A stretch of 64,000 nt of DNA from an uncultured Candidatus Saccharibacteria bacterium (GCA_964549935.1 CAZJVT010000002.1:40993-104992); one strand, 5' to 3'. Positions 45,082 to 55,982 are shown, counted from the stretch's first letter. The notes: generated by a model from the sequence alone, not told the origin. A program made the numbers and translations.

Positions 45082-46617
45082 TTATTTCTGCGTCGACTTA
45101 AAACTTGTAATAGCCGCATCAATCGCCTTTACGATCTCTTCTTTGAGCTCCTTCGCTTCGCGCAGCGGCTTTACGACGTCATTTTCGTGCATCTTCTTAA
45201 CGTAATCCAAGAAAGCGGCGACAGTCTCACCTACTTTCTCTTTTGGCGTGCCGTCAAGGTGGCCATTAATACCGAGGTAGATTGAAAGTACTTCAAGCTC
45301 GAACGGTAGCGGCATCAACTCACCCTGCTTGAGGATTTCCGTAAGCACAATACCGCGGTTGATACGGGCGCGAGTACCGGCGTCGAGGTCGCTGGCGAAC
45401 TGCACGAAGGCCTGGAGTTCACGGAACTGGGCCATCTCGAGACGTAGCTTACCGGCAACTTTTTTCATCGCCTTGGTTTGCGCGGCGGAACCGACACGCG
45501 AGACGGAGATACCGACGTTAACAGCGGGACGAATACCCTGGTTAAAGAGCTCCGGCTGCAGATAAATCTGACCGTCGGTAATTGAAATGACGTTAGTCGG
45601 AATGTAGGCCGAGACGTCACCGAGCTGAGTTTCGATAATCGGCAGAGCCGTCAGCGAACCGCCGCCGAGCGCGTCGGACAAACGAGCAGAGCGCTCCAGC
45701 AAGCGAGAGTGCAGATAGAAGATGTCACCCGGGTAGGCTTCACGACCTGGCGGACGACGGAGCAACAAGGAAATCTGACGGTAGGCGGTCGCGTGCTTAG
45801 TCAGGTCATCAAAGACGACGAGGGCATCCCCTCCTTTATACATAAAGTATTCACCGATTGCCGCACCGGCCATCGGGGCTAGGTACCAGAAGGCGGCAGG
45901 GCTACTCGTCGGGGCGGAGACAACGATGGTGTACTCAAGAGCACCGGAAACACGAAGCTGCTCGACGATACGAGCTACCTTGCTTTCACGCTGACCGATG
46001 GCGACGTAGATACAAATCAGTTTTTTGGCGGCGACATCCTGTTTCTGGTTGATGATCGCATCAAGGGCAATCGCAGTCTTACCGGTCTGACGGTCACCGA
46101 TAATAAGCTGACGCTGACCACGACCAATTGGAATCATTGCATCAATTGATTTGATGCCGGTGTGTACGGGAGCGGAAACCGACTTACGAGGAAGCACTCC
46201 CGGAGCCAAGAAGTCGAGCGGGCGGCGTTCCTCCGGCTTCTCGGCGTCAGTAAAAATCGGACCCTTGCCGTCGACCGGCTCACCGAGCGGGTTAACAACA
46301 CGGCCAACCATCTTTTCGGAAACGCGGAGCGACAAAATCTGACCAGTCGTCTTCACGAGATCGCCCTCTTTAACGTTCAGTGATTCGCCAAGAATAATGA
46401 TACCGACGAGGTCTTCTTCGAGGTTAAAGGCAATACCGGAAACAACGCCTTTGGCGGTTTCGATGTTAAGCATTTCCTGACTCTTAACCTGACTAAGGCC
46501 CGAGGCCTTTGCAATGCCGTCACCGACTTCGACGATCTTACCGACAATCTCCTGCTTTACGCCGACACTGACACCCGCAATTTCTTTCTTTAGTTTATCT
46601 ACAATTGAATCATTCAT
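45082..46617 (-). CDS. atpA: F-type ATP synthase subunit alpha.
   Basis: GDRQTGKT P-loop and the conserved alpha core. Confidence 0.95.
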   Translation of the reverse strand: MNDSIVDKLKKEIAGVSVGVKQEIVGKIVEVGDGIAKASGLSQVKSQEMLNIETAKGVVSGIAFNLEEDLVGIIILGESLNVKEGDLVKTTGQILSLRVSEKMVGRVVNPLGEPVDGKGPIFTDAEKPEERRPLDFLAPGVLPRKSVSAPVHTGIKSIDAMIPIGRGQRQLIIGDRQTGKTAIALDAIINQKQDVAAKKLICIYVAIGQRESKVARIVEQLRVSGALEYTIVVSAPTSSPAAFWYLAPMAGAAIGEYFMYKGGDALVVFDDLTKHATAYRQISLLLRRPPGREAYPGDIFYLHSRLLERSARLSDALGGGSLTALPIIETQLGDVSAYIPTNVISITDGQIYLQPELFNQGIRPAVNVGISVSRVGSAAQTKAMKKVAGKLRLEMAQFRELQAFVQFASDLDAGTRARINRGIVLTEILKQGELMPLPFELEVLSIYLGINGHLDGTPKEKVGETVAAFLDYVKKMHENDVVKPLREAKELKEEIVKAIDAAITSFKSTQK

Positions 46618-46697
46618 ATAATTTTTTTATTAGTAGCCGCAAGTTTCAAGATTCAAGTCTCAAAGTCCCTTTGGGACTTGGTACTTGTGACTTGGGA

Positions 46698-47096
46698 CTA
46701 GCTGAATGCCTTAGTTACTGTTTCGACCAAACGCGTGATGCGCGACTTCATCGTCCCATCGATACTTACCTCGTCATCAATAAGAATCCGAAGACCGCCG
46801 AGCACCGACGCATCAACTACTTCGCTGATCTGGCTGTTTTCTCCGACCTTTTGCTTGACCTCTGCGATAGTCGCCTTTTCAAGCGGCCGCGCCGAAGTCA
46901 AAACTACCTCATGCTTGCCCGCCTTGGTACGCTCCAGCTTCTTAAGCTGCATGATAATCTTCGGCATCAAAGCACGGTCGTAGTTTTTAGCAACCATGGC
47001 CACGAAACTCTTAACAACGGCATCGGTTTTTACCCCCTTCTCCTGAAGGGATTCAAACAAGGCGGCTGCGTATTGTTTTGGAGTGTAGTGGCTCAT
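46698..47096 (-). CDS. atpH: F-type ATP synthase subunit delta (short form).
   Basis: OSCP C-terminal motif VLGGLRILIDDEVSIDGTMKSRI. Position between atpF and atpA. Confidence 0.7.
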   Translation of the reverse strand: MSHYTPKQYAAALFESLQEKGVKTDAVVKSFVAMVAKNYDRALMPKIIMQLKKLERTKAGKHEVVLTSARPLEKATIAEVKQKVGENSQISEVVDASVLGGLRILIDDEVSIDGTMKSRITRLVETVTKAFS

Positions 47097-47135
47097 AATC
47101 GTTTAACGTAAAATGTGTAGCGTGTAGCGTAGGGA

Positions 47136-47639
47136 TTATTTCAGCTTAATTTCAGAGACGGTCTGGGCGATAAGCTCGCGCTCCTCGGTCTTAAAGGTGG
47201 CCTTGCCGAGCACTTTACCGAGCGCAACCTCAACGAGGCTGACGGCCTGTTCGTAGACGCCCTTCTCCATCCGGTTCTTCTGTTCAGCGAGTAATGCCTT
47301 ACCGGTAGCAATAAGCTTCTGTTTCTCCTCTTCGCCGCTCGCGACAATGCCATCACGGACCTTGCCGGCGGTACCCTCTGCCTCTTTAACCATCGCCATA
47401 GCCTTGGCCTGGGCGGTGCGCATCTCGGCGGCCTTCAGCTCTTCAATGCTGGCAAGCTCGGCCTTAGACTTATCGGCAAAAGCCAAACCCTCCTCAATTC
47501 GCTTACGGCGTGCGTCGAGCAACTTTAAAATCGGCTTATATGCAAAAGCACGAAGCAGGAAAAAGACGACCGCGAAGTTAATAAGCTGCGCGAGCATCAG
47601 CTTCCAATCGATACCAAATTTTTCTACAAATGTTTCCAT
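47136..47639 (-). CDS. atpF: F-type ATP synthase subunit b.
   Basis: N-terminal TM helix and a long charged helix. Operon position. Confidence 0.75.
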   Translation of the reverse strand: METFVEKFGIDWKLMLAQLINFAVVFFLLRAFAYKPILKLLDARRKRIEEGLAFADKSKAELASIEELKAAEMRTAQAKAMAMVKEAEGTAGKVRDGIVASGEEEKQKLIATGKALLAEQKNRMEKGVYEQAVSLVEVALGKVLGKATFKTEERELIAQTVSEIKLK

Positions 47640-47870
47640 AGAGTATTTCTTTTAGTTTGTCATTCCGAAGCCGAGGAATCTGGACCCAGATGCTTCGGCT
47701 TCAGCATGACAGGCAGGACAAGAGCCAAGAAACGGGATTAGGACTGAAACTTTATCAACGCAACGTGGAAACGGAGTCGGATTGGCGAAGGGCTAGGCGG
47801 CCAAGCGAAGGAGTACAAAAGTTGTACTTCGAGCGCCGGTCAACAACGCCCTTCGCCAACTCCGGACCGT
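47640..47870 (-). other. Structured 230-nt intergenic insert inside the atp operon (atpE-atpF).
   Basis: Long imperfect hairpin CCGAAGCCGAGGAATCTGG/CCCAGATGCTTCGGCTTC. A 12-bp long-range stem TTGGCGAAGGGC...GCCCTTCGCCAA encloses GTACAAaagtTGTAC. Confidence 0.5.
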
Positions 47871-48128
<258 letters not shown>

Positions 48129-48247
48129 CTAAAAACAAAGACTTGCGTTGCAAACCTGTTACTGCGGTACATGTACCGGAACAGTTATGTTTGAGCTAAG
48201 TATTTGTTCTTATATTCTTAGTTAATTGTAAAACTCGACCTCATTTT

Positions 48248-48991
48248 TTAATGATGATCACTTGTGGCGATCTTAACGAACACCAAAGTGAGCGTAGCAA
48301 AGACTACCGCCTGAATCAATCCAACGAATAACTCGAGCAGCATAAACGGAAGCGGGGCGCCGAACGGTAAAAGGTACGAAATGATGATGAGGAGCACCTC
48401 ACCGGCAAAGATGTTGCCGAAGAGACGGAACGAGAACGAAATCATCTTGGCAACTTCGGAAACAAGCTCGAGCACGCCGATAAAGGCGCCGATTGGGTTC
48501 TTAAACGGGTTCACGAAGAACTTGTGGGCGTATTTAAAGAATCCGAGGACGACGACACCGAAGAACTGGATGCCGACGACGGCAACTAGGGCCAGAATCA
48601 ACGTCATATTCAAATCACTGTGTGTTGTACGCAAAAATGGAACAAGAATAGTGCCGTGTTCGAGCTTTTCGTAAAACCCAAACGAGGTAAGCGGCAAAAG
48701 CGCCAGCCAATTGTTGAACAAGATAAAGAAAAAGAGCGTGGCGATAAGACCGAAAAACTTCATTGTCTTTTTAGCGTCACCAATGACGTCGTTCATAAAG
48801 TCAAAGGCTCCGCCAATTATCGACTCTACGCCGCCCTGAAAGCGGCCTGGAATCATTGCCGTCTTTTTGCTGATAACAAAACCCAGCCCAGCGAGCACGA
48901 GGGTGACAAACCAAGAAAACACCATTGTATTGGTGATTGGGAAACTGCCGATATGTCCGAGTGGCTCGCCGTGTAAGACGATTTCTAACAT
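48248..48991 (-). CDS. atpB: F-type ATP synthase subunit a.
   Basis: 5-TM protein with the conserved Arg helix (FSFRLFGNIFAGE). Confidence 0.85.
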   Translation of the reverse strand: MLEIVLHGEPLGHIGSFPITNTMVFSWFVTLVLAGLGFVISKKTAMIPGRFQGGVESIIGGAFDFMNDVIGDAKKTMKFFGLIATLFFFILFNNWLALLPLTSFGFYEKLEHGTILVPFLRTTHSDLNMTLILALVAVVGIQFFGVVVLGFFKYAHKFFVNPFKNPIGAFIGVLELVSEVAKMISFSFRLFGNIFAGEVLLIIISYLLPFGAPLPFMLLELFVGLIQAVVFATLTLVFVKIATSDHH

Positions 48992-49328
48992 ACTATTGAG
49001 TATGTATGCCGGAGGTAGTAAGTAGCAAGTAGTTAATGCAGAAACCTCCTTCTGCGCTAACTACTGACTGCTGTAACGAGTAACGCAGTATCGCGGCGGA
49101 TAGTGCCGCGATCACTTGCCTCTGTCTACCCTCTGCATACCTTAACTATTTCAATGATGCTGCTATTTTAGCAGAATATCCTGAAAAATGCAATAGAGCT
49201 GATTTGTGCATAAAATGATCGAGCCACTATCGCCTCGGCGAAACGAACCGGCCCGAGCGGGGAGGAATCCCCGCTCGGGCCGTTGCGAACTGATCCGAAA
49301 CGCTCCATGTTTTCCTAAGGACGGAGGC

Positions 49329-49634
49329 TCACTCCTCGTCATCCTGAGAGAGGATGTAGGTCACGATGAGCAGAACGACGACTCCGATGATCATGAGCGG
49401 AAGGTGCTGCCCGGCCCAGACCGTGGGTTCGAACCCCGTCATGAGCAAGGCGGCGGTCCGAATCACGACCGAGATCGCGAGCGATGGGGCAAGCACCACG
49501 CTGATCCAGTACGAGGGCACGTTCTCTCCGCGTCGCTTCGGACTGTCCAAGCGAACGAAGTAGCTGAGTCCCCAGGCCATCAGAGCTGCGAGAACGAGCT
49601 CCACGACCGAAAGCCACAGTGGCATCTGCAACAT
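49329..49634 (-). CDS. High-GC cassette gene E: small 3-TM membrane protein.
   Basis: ATG preceded by GGGAGGAGAAGCG. About 62% GC. Followed by the 34-nt perfect GC hairpin CGGCCCGAGCGGGGAggaaTCCCCGCTCGGGCCG. Confidence 0.5.
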   Translation of the reverse strand: MLQMPLWLSVVELVLAALMAWGLSYFVRLDSPKRRGENVPSYWISVVLAPSLAISVVIRTAALLMTGFEPTVWAGQHLPLMIIGVVVLLIVTYILSQDDEE

Positions 49635-49714
49635 CGCTTCTCCTCCCTAAGTTAACACCGCCACACAGCGGTATTAAAGTTACCCTACCCCCGAGGTGCG
49701 AAACACGCAAGATA

Positions 49715-49746
49715 TCACTGATTACTACGGCCGTAGTAATCAGTGA
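49715..49746. promoter_or_regulatory. 32-bp perfect palindrome (candidate operator) in a divergent promoter region.
   Basis: TCACTGATTACTACGGCCGTAGTAATCAGTGA, between cassette gene E (minus strand) and the yvcK-like gene (plus strand). Confidence 0.55.
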
Positions 49747-49797
49747 TAATGAGCCAGTCGCTCGACAACCAGAGAAATCGAGTTTAGGATAGTTGCT

Positions 49798-50772
49798 ATG
49801 AAGAAGCTCAAAAAAATTGTTGTCATCTGCGGAGGTTCCGGCGGCTCTGAACTGCTCGAGGTTTTACGTGGCCATGCAAACATTACGGCTATTTTACCCG
49901 CAACCGATGATGGTGGCAGCGGCGGTTGGGTGCGCGAGCACTTCAATATGATTGCCCCGGGCGATTTCCGCCGTGCACTCGTAGCGCTCTCTTTCGAAAA
50001 AAACAAACGCGTAAAGGAAAACTTTCTCTACCGCTACCCCTCCGGCGAGATGAAGGGCCAGGTCATCGGCAACCTCGTACTGGGAATTTTTAAAGAAGAA
50101 ACCGGTGATTTTGATAAAGCTATTGCCGAAGCTGCCAAGATGTTAAAGGTGCGAGATGCGATTTTACCGGCCACGAAAGACCTCGTGACGCTTTGCGCAG
50201 AACTCGAGGGCGGCACGATTGTCCGCGGCGAACACAATATGTCCCTTGATTGGAAGCACGCAGAGGGTTACGGCAACCGTGATATGAGTAAAAAAATCGT
50301 CCGTTTGTTTACTGAGCCAGTCGCAAAAATTCACCCATTGGCAAAGCAAGCAATCAAGCAAGCTGATGCAGTCATCATCTCCGTTGGAGATCTCTACACC
50401 TCAATAATCGCCAATTTTGTAATCGCCGGAATGCCTGAGGCTCTTAGTACGACGAAGGCTCCGGTTATTATGTTTGTTAACTCAATCACGACTCAAGCAG
50501 AGTCCGATGGATTTAGCGCCAGCGATTATATCAAAACCTTTGAACAGTATGCCGGAGCAGGCAGTGTCGATGTCGCAATCGTCACCAAAAACATTCCGGC
50601 CATAGCACTCAAGCAATTCGCCGCCGTCAAGCCGGAATTTGCCAAGCCGGACATCGAAAACTTCCCGAAGCACGTTAAGCCGCTACTGGCGAACTGGAAT
50701 ACCACGAAGGGAAGCTTTAAAGCAGACCCGAAAAAAGTTTTACCGTTGCTAAAGAAGCTCGGCGCCTTGTAG
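49798..50772 (+). CDS. YvcK/CofD-family (UPF0052) protein.
   Basis: IVVICGGSGGSELL....ITAILPATDDGGSGG signature of the gluconeogenesis-factor / 2-phospho-L-lactate-transferase fold. Confidence 0.8.
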   Translation: MKKLKKIVVICGGSGGSELLEVLRGHANITAILPATDDGGSGGWVREHFNMIAPGDFRRALVALSFEKNKRVKENFLYRYPSGEMKGQVIGNLVLGIFKEETGDFDKAIAEAAKMLKVRDAILPATKDLVTLCAELEGGTIVRGEHNMSLDWKHAEGYGNRDMSKKIVRLFTEPVAKIHPLAKQAIKQADAVIISVGDLYTSIIANFVIAGMPEALSTTKAPVIMFVNSITTQAESDGFSASDYIKTFEQYAGAGSVDVAIVTKNIPAIALKQFAAVKPEFAKPDIENFPKHVKPLLANWNTTKGSFKADPKKVLPLLKKLGAL

Positions 50773-50796
50773 AACTTTAGTTAACTAAAGTGCCGT

Positions 50797-52647
50797 CTAT
50801 TCAACCGTAACACTTTTCGCTAAGTTGCGAGGCTTGTCTATCTCATGGCCTTTGAGCCGAGCGATGTGGTATGCAAGCAGATACAGCGGCACGACGGCGA
50901 CAATCGGTGTGAGCATTTCAAGCGTCTTTGGAATGTAAATTACGTCTTTCGCGTACTGTTTGATCTGATCGTTGCCCTCGGTCGTAATTGCGATGATCGG
51001 TCCGCGACGAGCGGCAATCTGCTCGATATTGGATTGGATTTTTTCGTATACCGAATCCTCCGGTGCAATGACGAGCGTAGGGAACTTCTCATCAATTAAG
51101 GCGATCGTTCCGTGCTTCATCTCGCCGGCCGGCAAATCAATGGCCGGAATATAGCAGATTTCTTTGAGCTTAATAGCGGCTTCGGTTGCTAGCGGAGCAT
51201 TGTATTTACGGCCAAGCGTTAAAATTGCCGGCATATCTTTGTACTTCTTGGCGATTTCGATAATCGCCTCCTCCTGCGCGAGCACTTTGCGGACCAAGTC
51301 CGGCAACTCTTTAAGTGCCTCGCCGATACGCTTACCCATCGTCAAAGACATCTCGCGCTGACGGCCGAGGAAAATCGTAAACAAAGTTGAGACCACGAGC
51401 TGCGAAACGAAGGCCTTTGTCGAAGCGACTGAAACCTCCGGACCGGCGTGATTATAAATACCAAAGTCGGTATCGCGGGCAATTGTGCTACCCACCACGT
51501 TGACGATGCCCATCGTCGGTACGCCTTTTTCTTTAGCTTCGTTTACCGCCGCGAGCGTATCTGCGGTTTCACCGGACTGCGAGATTGCCAACAAAAGATT
51601 ATTGGCGGTAAACACCGGTTTGCGGTAACGAAATTCAGAGGCGACCTCGACTTCAGTCGGAATACCGGCGTACTCTTCAAACATATACTCGGCGACGCGT
51701 CCTGCGACGTTAGCAGTACCGCAGGCCGCGATGATAATGCGCTCAACCACACGTAGCGTCTCTTTATCATCTTCAATGCCGCCAAGTTTTACGCGCCCGT
51801 CTTCTAAAATCAATCGGCCACGCAGTGTGTTTTCGATAACCTCCGGGATTTCAAAAATCTCTTTGTGCATGAAGTGGTCATGCCCAAGCTTTTCGAGCTT
51901 TGCTGCGTCCCATTCTAAGATCGAGGGCTTACGCATCGTTGAGCCGCCGGCCATGTTCTCAATTCGAAAACCGTCGCGACGAATCTCGGCAATCTCGTGG
52001 TCGTCCAAATAAATAACGCTCTTGGTCAGGTGCACGATCGCCGAAGCGTCAGAAGCGACCATGTGTTCCCCGTCGCCAATACCGATTAAAAGCGGCGAGC
52101 TGTTACGCGCGGCAATAATTTTGTCTGGCTCGTGCTTTGTTACCACAGCGATGCCGTAGGTACCGCGGACGCGCCCGAGCGCCTTACGTACAGATTCAAA
52201 AAAGCGATTTGGTCCGGCCGGAAGCTCCTTGTAATACTTCGCGACTAAATGCGCGAGTACCTCCGTGTCGGTGTCCGAACGAAACGCCGAGCCCTCCGCA
52301 ATCAACTCTGTTTTTAACTCTTTGTAGTTCTCAATAATGCCGTTATGAATAACCCAAAACTCATCCTTACCGTCGGCGTGCGGATGCGCGTTACGCTCGC
52401 TTGGCTCGCCGTGAGTTGCCCAGCGTGTGTGTGCGATACCGAGTCCGCTTGGCAACCAGGTCGTACCGTTTAACGACTTCTCGAGCTCAACAACCTTGCC
52501 AACGGCGCGCTTTACAAAAACATTACTTTTTTCGTCTAACACAACGACGCCGGCGCTGTCATACCCGCGGTACTCCAAACGCTTAAGCCCATTAATCAAA
52601 ATGGGCATCACCTCTTTCTTACCGATATAGCCAACGATGCCGCACAT
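50797..52647 (-). CDS. glmS: Glutamine--fructose-6-phosphate aminotransferase.
   Basis: N-terminal MCGIVGY Ntn-amidotransferase and two SIS domains. Confidence 0.95.
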   Translation of the reverse strand: MCGIVGYIGKKEVMPILINGLKRLEYRGYDSAGVVVLDEKSNVFVKRAVGKVVELEKSLNGTTWLPSGLGIAHTRWATHGEPSERNAHPHADGKDEFWVIHNGIIENYKELKTELIAEGSAFRSDTDTEVLAHLVAKYYKELPAGPNRFFESVRKALGRVRGTYGIAVVTKHEPDKIIAARNSSPLLIGIGDGEHMVASDASAIVHLTKSVIYLDDHEIAEIRRDGFRIENMAGGSTMRKPSILEWDAAKLEKLGHDHFMHKEIFEIPEVIENTLRGRLILEDGRVKLGGIEDDKETLRVVERIIIAACGTANVAGRVAEYMFEEYAGIPTEVEVASEFRYRKPVFTANNLLLAISQSGETADTLAAVNEAKEKGVPTMGIVNVVGSTIARDTDFGIYNHAGPEVSVASTKAFVSQLVVSTLFTIFLGRQREMSLTMGKRIGEALKELPDLVRKVLAQEEAIIEIAKKYKDMPAILTLGRKYNAPLATEAAIKLKEICYIPAIDLPAGEMKHGTIALIDEKFPTLVIAPEDSVYEKIQSNIEQIAARRGPIIAITTEGNDQIKQYAKDVIYIPKTLEMLTPIVAVVPLYLLAYHIARLKGHEIDKPRNLAKSVTVE

Positions 52648-52743
52648 TTCAGTAGGGTTTAAAAAGCAAATTAATTATCGATGCGTAATACTACAATTGT
52701 CCTTCCTGAATATTACCTTACGCGAGCATGGGTTACAAGGAAA

Positions 52744-53886
52744 CTACTCGTGAATCGCCGCAGCGACCGCCGCAACCACTCCTTTATCGAGCGGACTCGG
52801 TAAAACAGCCTCCGGCGTCGGAGTCTTTACGTAGGCCGCCAGACCTTGTGCCGCCGCCAGAAACATCGCGTCCGTAAACTGCGTAATCTTATTGTCCAGC
52901 GCTCCGCGGAAGATTCCCGGGAAACCAAGCACGTTGTTGATTTGATTGGGAAAGTCGCTCCGCCCCGTGGCGACGATAAACGCCCCTGCTTCTTTAGCGA
53001 GGTCCGGCATGATCTCGGGAGTCGGGTTTGCGAGCGCAAAAATAATCGGCTTAGGCGCCATACTGCGGACCATCTCTGCAGTTACAATATTGCCTTTACT
53101 AACGCCGACAAAAATGTCTGCACTGCGCAGCACCTCGGCCAGACCTCCCTGCTGCCCCTCCGGGTTAGTCAGCGTGGCGAGCTCGGCTTTCTCTGGAGTT
53201 AAGTCCGGACGACTCTGGTAAATTGCACCTTTTGAGTCAACGAGAATAATATTTTTAAATCCGTAAGTTATCAGCAGTTTTGCGACACCCGTTCCGGCTG
53301 CGCCGGCGCCGTTAAAAACAACTCGAACTTCTTCTTTTTTACTACCGCGTAATGTAAGTGCATTAATGAGCCCGGCAAGGACTACGACGGCGGTGCCGTG
53401 CTGGTCATCGTGCATCACCGGGATATCCAGCTCTTTACGCAGCCGCTGTTCTATTTCAAAGCAACGCGGGGCGCTAATGTCTTCGAGGTTAACAGCGCCA
53501 AAGACAGGCGCAATTTGCTTAACGGCTTTAATAATCTCTTCGGTATCCTGCGTATCGAGGCAAATCGGAAAGGCGTCTACGCCGGCAAACTCTTTAAACA
53601 AAATCGCCTTCCCTTCCATCACCGGAATCGCTGCCTTGGCGCCGAGGTTGCCCAGCCCTAAAATCGCCGAACCATCCGAAACAACCGCAACGGTATTTTT
53701 CTTTAGCGTGTACTCGTAGGCCTTCTGCGGATCTTTACCTATTTCAATAGACACCTGCGCCACGCCGGGCGTGTAGGCGCGCGACAAATCCTCACGCGTC
53801 GTAAGCGGCACCTTGCTCTGAACCTCCAGCTTACCGCCGTGCTTGCGGTGCAGCTCTAAAGCTTCGTTTGAAAAATCGTGAACCAT
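52744..53886 (-). CDS. NAD(P)-dependent malic enzyme (short prokaryotic form).
   Basis: Malic enzyme N-terminal and NAD-binding domains (SRAYTPGVA...VFNGAGAAG). Confidence 0.85.
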   Translation of the reverse strand: MVHDFSNEALELHRKHGGKLEVQSKVPLTTREDLSRAYTPGVAQVSIEIGKDPQKAYEYTLKKNTVAVVSDGSAILGLGNLGAKAAIPVMEGKAILFKEFAGVDAFPICLDTQDTEEIIKAVKQIAPVFGAVNLEDISAPRCFEIEQRLRKELDIPVMHDDQHGTAVVVLAGLINALTLRGSKKEEVRVVFNGAGAAGTGVAKLLITYGFKNIILVDSKGAIYQSRPDLTPEKAELATLTNPEGQQGGLAEVLRSADIFVGVSKGNIVTAEMVRSMAPKPIIFALANPTPEIMPDLAKEAGAFIVATGRSDFPNQINNVLGFPGIFRGALDNKITQFTDAMFLAAAQGLAAYVKTPTPEAVLPSPLDKGVVAAVAAAIHE

Positions 53887-53984
53887 GGACCATTAGTATA
53901 AAACTAAAACGCTCGAAAGACTACCCTAAAACGTCTGCGGGGCGCCCATCTGTTGAATGGGCGCCCCGAGAGTTGCGGCGATGG

Positions 53985-54686
53985 TCAGTTCGCGAGCATC
54001 GCGAAGTCGAACCTCTTGATCCTGTCCTCCAGGAACTCGGCCCTTGCCCGCTCGTACTGGAAGATGAACTCCTGCGCCTGGAGACGCAGGGTCTGGTTCG
54101 CGGCGACGTAGTCGAAGTCCTTCTGCGCCTGGTAGCAGAGAGTGAAGTCGCCGACAGAGGTCGGGTAGACCACCCAGCGACCGGCCTTGACCGCCGCCTT
54201 GGGAACCGCGATGCCGCCCGTGTCGTTGCCGGCGAAGGCGGCCTCGATCGGATCTGCGATCCTCGACTCGAAGTGATCCTCCGGGTACGGGTCATAGAAG
54301 AAGGCATCGATGCGTGCACTGCCGGCGAGCTCGAGATGCTCCTCGTGCTTCGTGTCGTCGTACCGCGCGAAGGCGGCCGAAAACACCTGCGTCGAGATCG
54401 TGCGGATGAAGCCATCGAACAGGTCACTCGGCACCGGAGTCTGTCCGGCAGGTGCGTGCTCGCGGAAGAACTCGTCCAAGTCCTTGACCCGGACTCCCTC
54501 CTTGATCAGCGCAGCCTTGGTCCCACCCGTAGCCAGGATCTCGACATTGTCCGCGTCGAGCAGCTTCGCGATGTCCAGGTACCCGTCCCAGTCTTCTCCC
54601 TTCTTGTTCCAGAGCGAGAACAGGGCACGCTTGATCTCGCGCGGCCGCAGAATGACCGCCTCCATGACTTCGTGGGGTGCACTCAT
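53985..54686 (-). CDS. High-GC cassette gene F: protein with an MGS-like domain (resembles the PurH N-terminal domain) plus an unknown C-terminal region.
   Basis: ATG preceded by GGAGGGAATTCG. About 64% GC with strong GC3 bias. ILATGGTKAALIKEGVRVKDLDEF resembles the MGS/PurH nucleotide-binding motif. The antisense 320-aa ORF is an Arg-rich artefact. Confidence 0.5.
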   Translation of the reverse strand: MSAPHEVMEAVILRPREIKRALFSLWNKKGEDWDGYLDIAKLLDADNVEILATGGTKAALIKEGVRVKDLDEFFREHAPAGQTPVPSDLFDGFIRTISTQVFSAAFARYDDTKHEEHLELAGSARIDAFFYDPYPEDHFESRIADPIEAAFAGNDTGGIAVPKAAVKAGRWVVYPTSVGDFTLCYQAQKDFDYVAANQTLRLQAQEFIFQYERARAEFLEDRIKRFDFAMLAN

Positions 54687-54869
54687 CGAATTCCCTCCAT
54701 CCTCCACCGGCGGATGCCGGCGGACCAATCACCCCTCTTCCCGCGCACGCGGAAAACTGAAAGGCGACCTAGCGGCACTATATTCCAGAAACATAGATAT
54801 GGTCAACCAACCCCGCCGTTGACGGGGTAAAGATTTTGTAAGTGCTCAAGTTCTCGCGAACAAAATCAT

Positions 54870-55955
54870 TTACATCAAACGGTGCAGCGGCCAGGTCAAA
54901 AGCTCCAGCGTCTTGTATGCAATCGGCCTGTCATGCCACTCCTCTTGGGTGAGTACTTTAGAATTCTTTAGATCGGCGTCGAAGTGCTTGTGCAGTGCAG
55001 CGATAAACTTTTTGTTAGTCGTGATGATATTGTCTTCGTAATTCAAAAGCAGGCTTAAGTTGTCGAGATTCGAACTGCCGACCGTCGCCCACTCATCGTC
55101 GACGATAATCGTCTTAGCGTGCATCATCACCGGTTCGTAGCGGTAGATTTTAACTCCGGCTCGAAGCGTCAGCCAGTAGTAGGAGCGTGAGGCGAGGTCG
55201 ACAAACGGCGTGTCGGCATGATGCGGCGTCAGTAGGCGCACGTCTACGCCGCGAGCGACAGCTCGCTTTAACGCGCGGAAAAGTTTACGGTTCGGAATGA
55301 AGTACGGTGTCGTAATATAAATAAATTTCTCGGCTCGTTTTAAAGCGTCTAAAATTGCGTAGTAGATAAATCGCTGATGCCTATACGGAGAATTAGTTAC
55401 TAGAAGCATCTCGCCGTCTAACTCCGGGGGTGTACTAAATTTAAATATCTTTTTATCCTTAAGCGTCATCTGCCATATTCGCTCAAAGGCGACCTCCATC
55501 TGTGTCACGACCGGGCCGGTCACCATCACGTGTGTATCGCGCCAGTCCTGCATAAACTCGGCGATGCCAACGCCGCCGGTATACCCTTCTTTGCCGTCGA
55601 TAATTAAAAGCTTACGATGATTGCGCAAAAACCACTGCACGACTCGGTGAAGCCACCACGGATCAATCGAATTAAAAAACTGCACGCGAACTCCTGCGGC
55701 TCGCATCTGATCGGACAAGTCCGAAACATACAGTGAGTGACTGCCGATGGTGTCACACAAAACGCGCACGCGAACTCCCTCTTGGGCTTTTGCAATTAAA
55801 ACGCCGGCCAGCTTACGCCCGACCGCGTCGTCTTCGAAAATGTACTGCTCAAGGTCAATTGTTCGCTGGGCGGACTCGCAGGCGACAAGCATCGCCTCCT
55901 GGGCCTCGCGGCCGGTCAGATAAAACTCCCATTTTGCTGCTGCAACTCTTGCCAT
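54870..55955 (-). CDS. Phospholipase D-family protein (cardiolipin synthase-like, two HKD motifs).
   Basis: HRKLLIIDG and HAKTIIVDDEWATVGSSN HKD motifs. Confidence 0.8.
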   Translation of the reverse strand: MARVAAAKWEFYLTGREAQEAMLVACESAQRTIDLEQYIFEDDAVGRKLAGVLIAKAQEGVRVRVLCDTIGSHSLYVSDLSDQMRAAGVRVQFFNSIDPWWLHRVVQWFLRNHRKLLIIDGKEGYTGGVGIAEFMQDWRDTHVMVTGPVVTQMEVAFERIWQMTLKDKKIFKFSTPPELDGEMLLVTNSPYRHQRFIYYAILDALKRAEKFIYITTPYFIPNRKLFRALKRAVARGVDVRLLTPHHADTPFVDLASRSYYWLTLRAGVKIYRYEPVMMHAKTIIVDDEWATVGSSNLDNLSLLLNYEDNIITTNKKFIAALHKHFDADLKNSKVLTQEEWHDRPIAYKTLELLTWPLHRLM

Positions 55956-55982
55956 TGTGCAAGTGTAGCACCAGAGGATGAA

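Noticed and set aside
52648-52743. glmS ribozyme upstream of glmS.
   Set aside because: The 96-nt leader is too short and lacks the conserved glmS ribozyme core.
53868-54830. 320-aa plus-strand ORF across the high-GC island.
   Set aside because: Arg/Leu/Val-rich antisense artefact typical of high-GC DNA. The minus-strand frame has a proper SD, start codon and a recognisable MGS-like motif.
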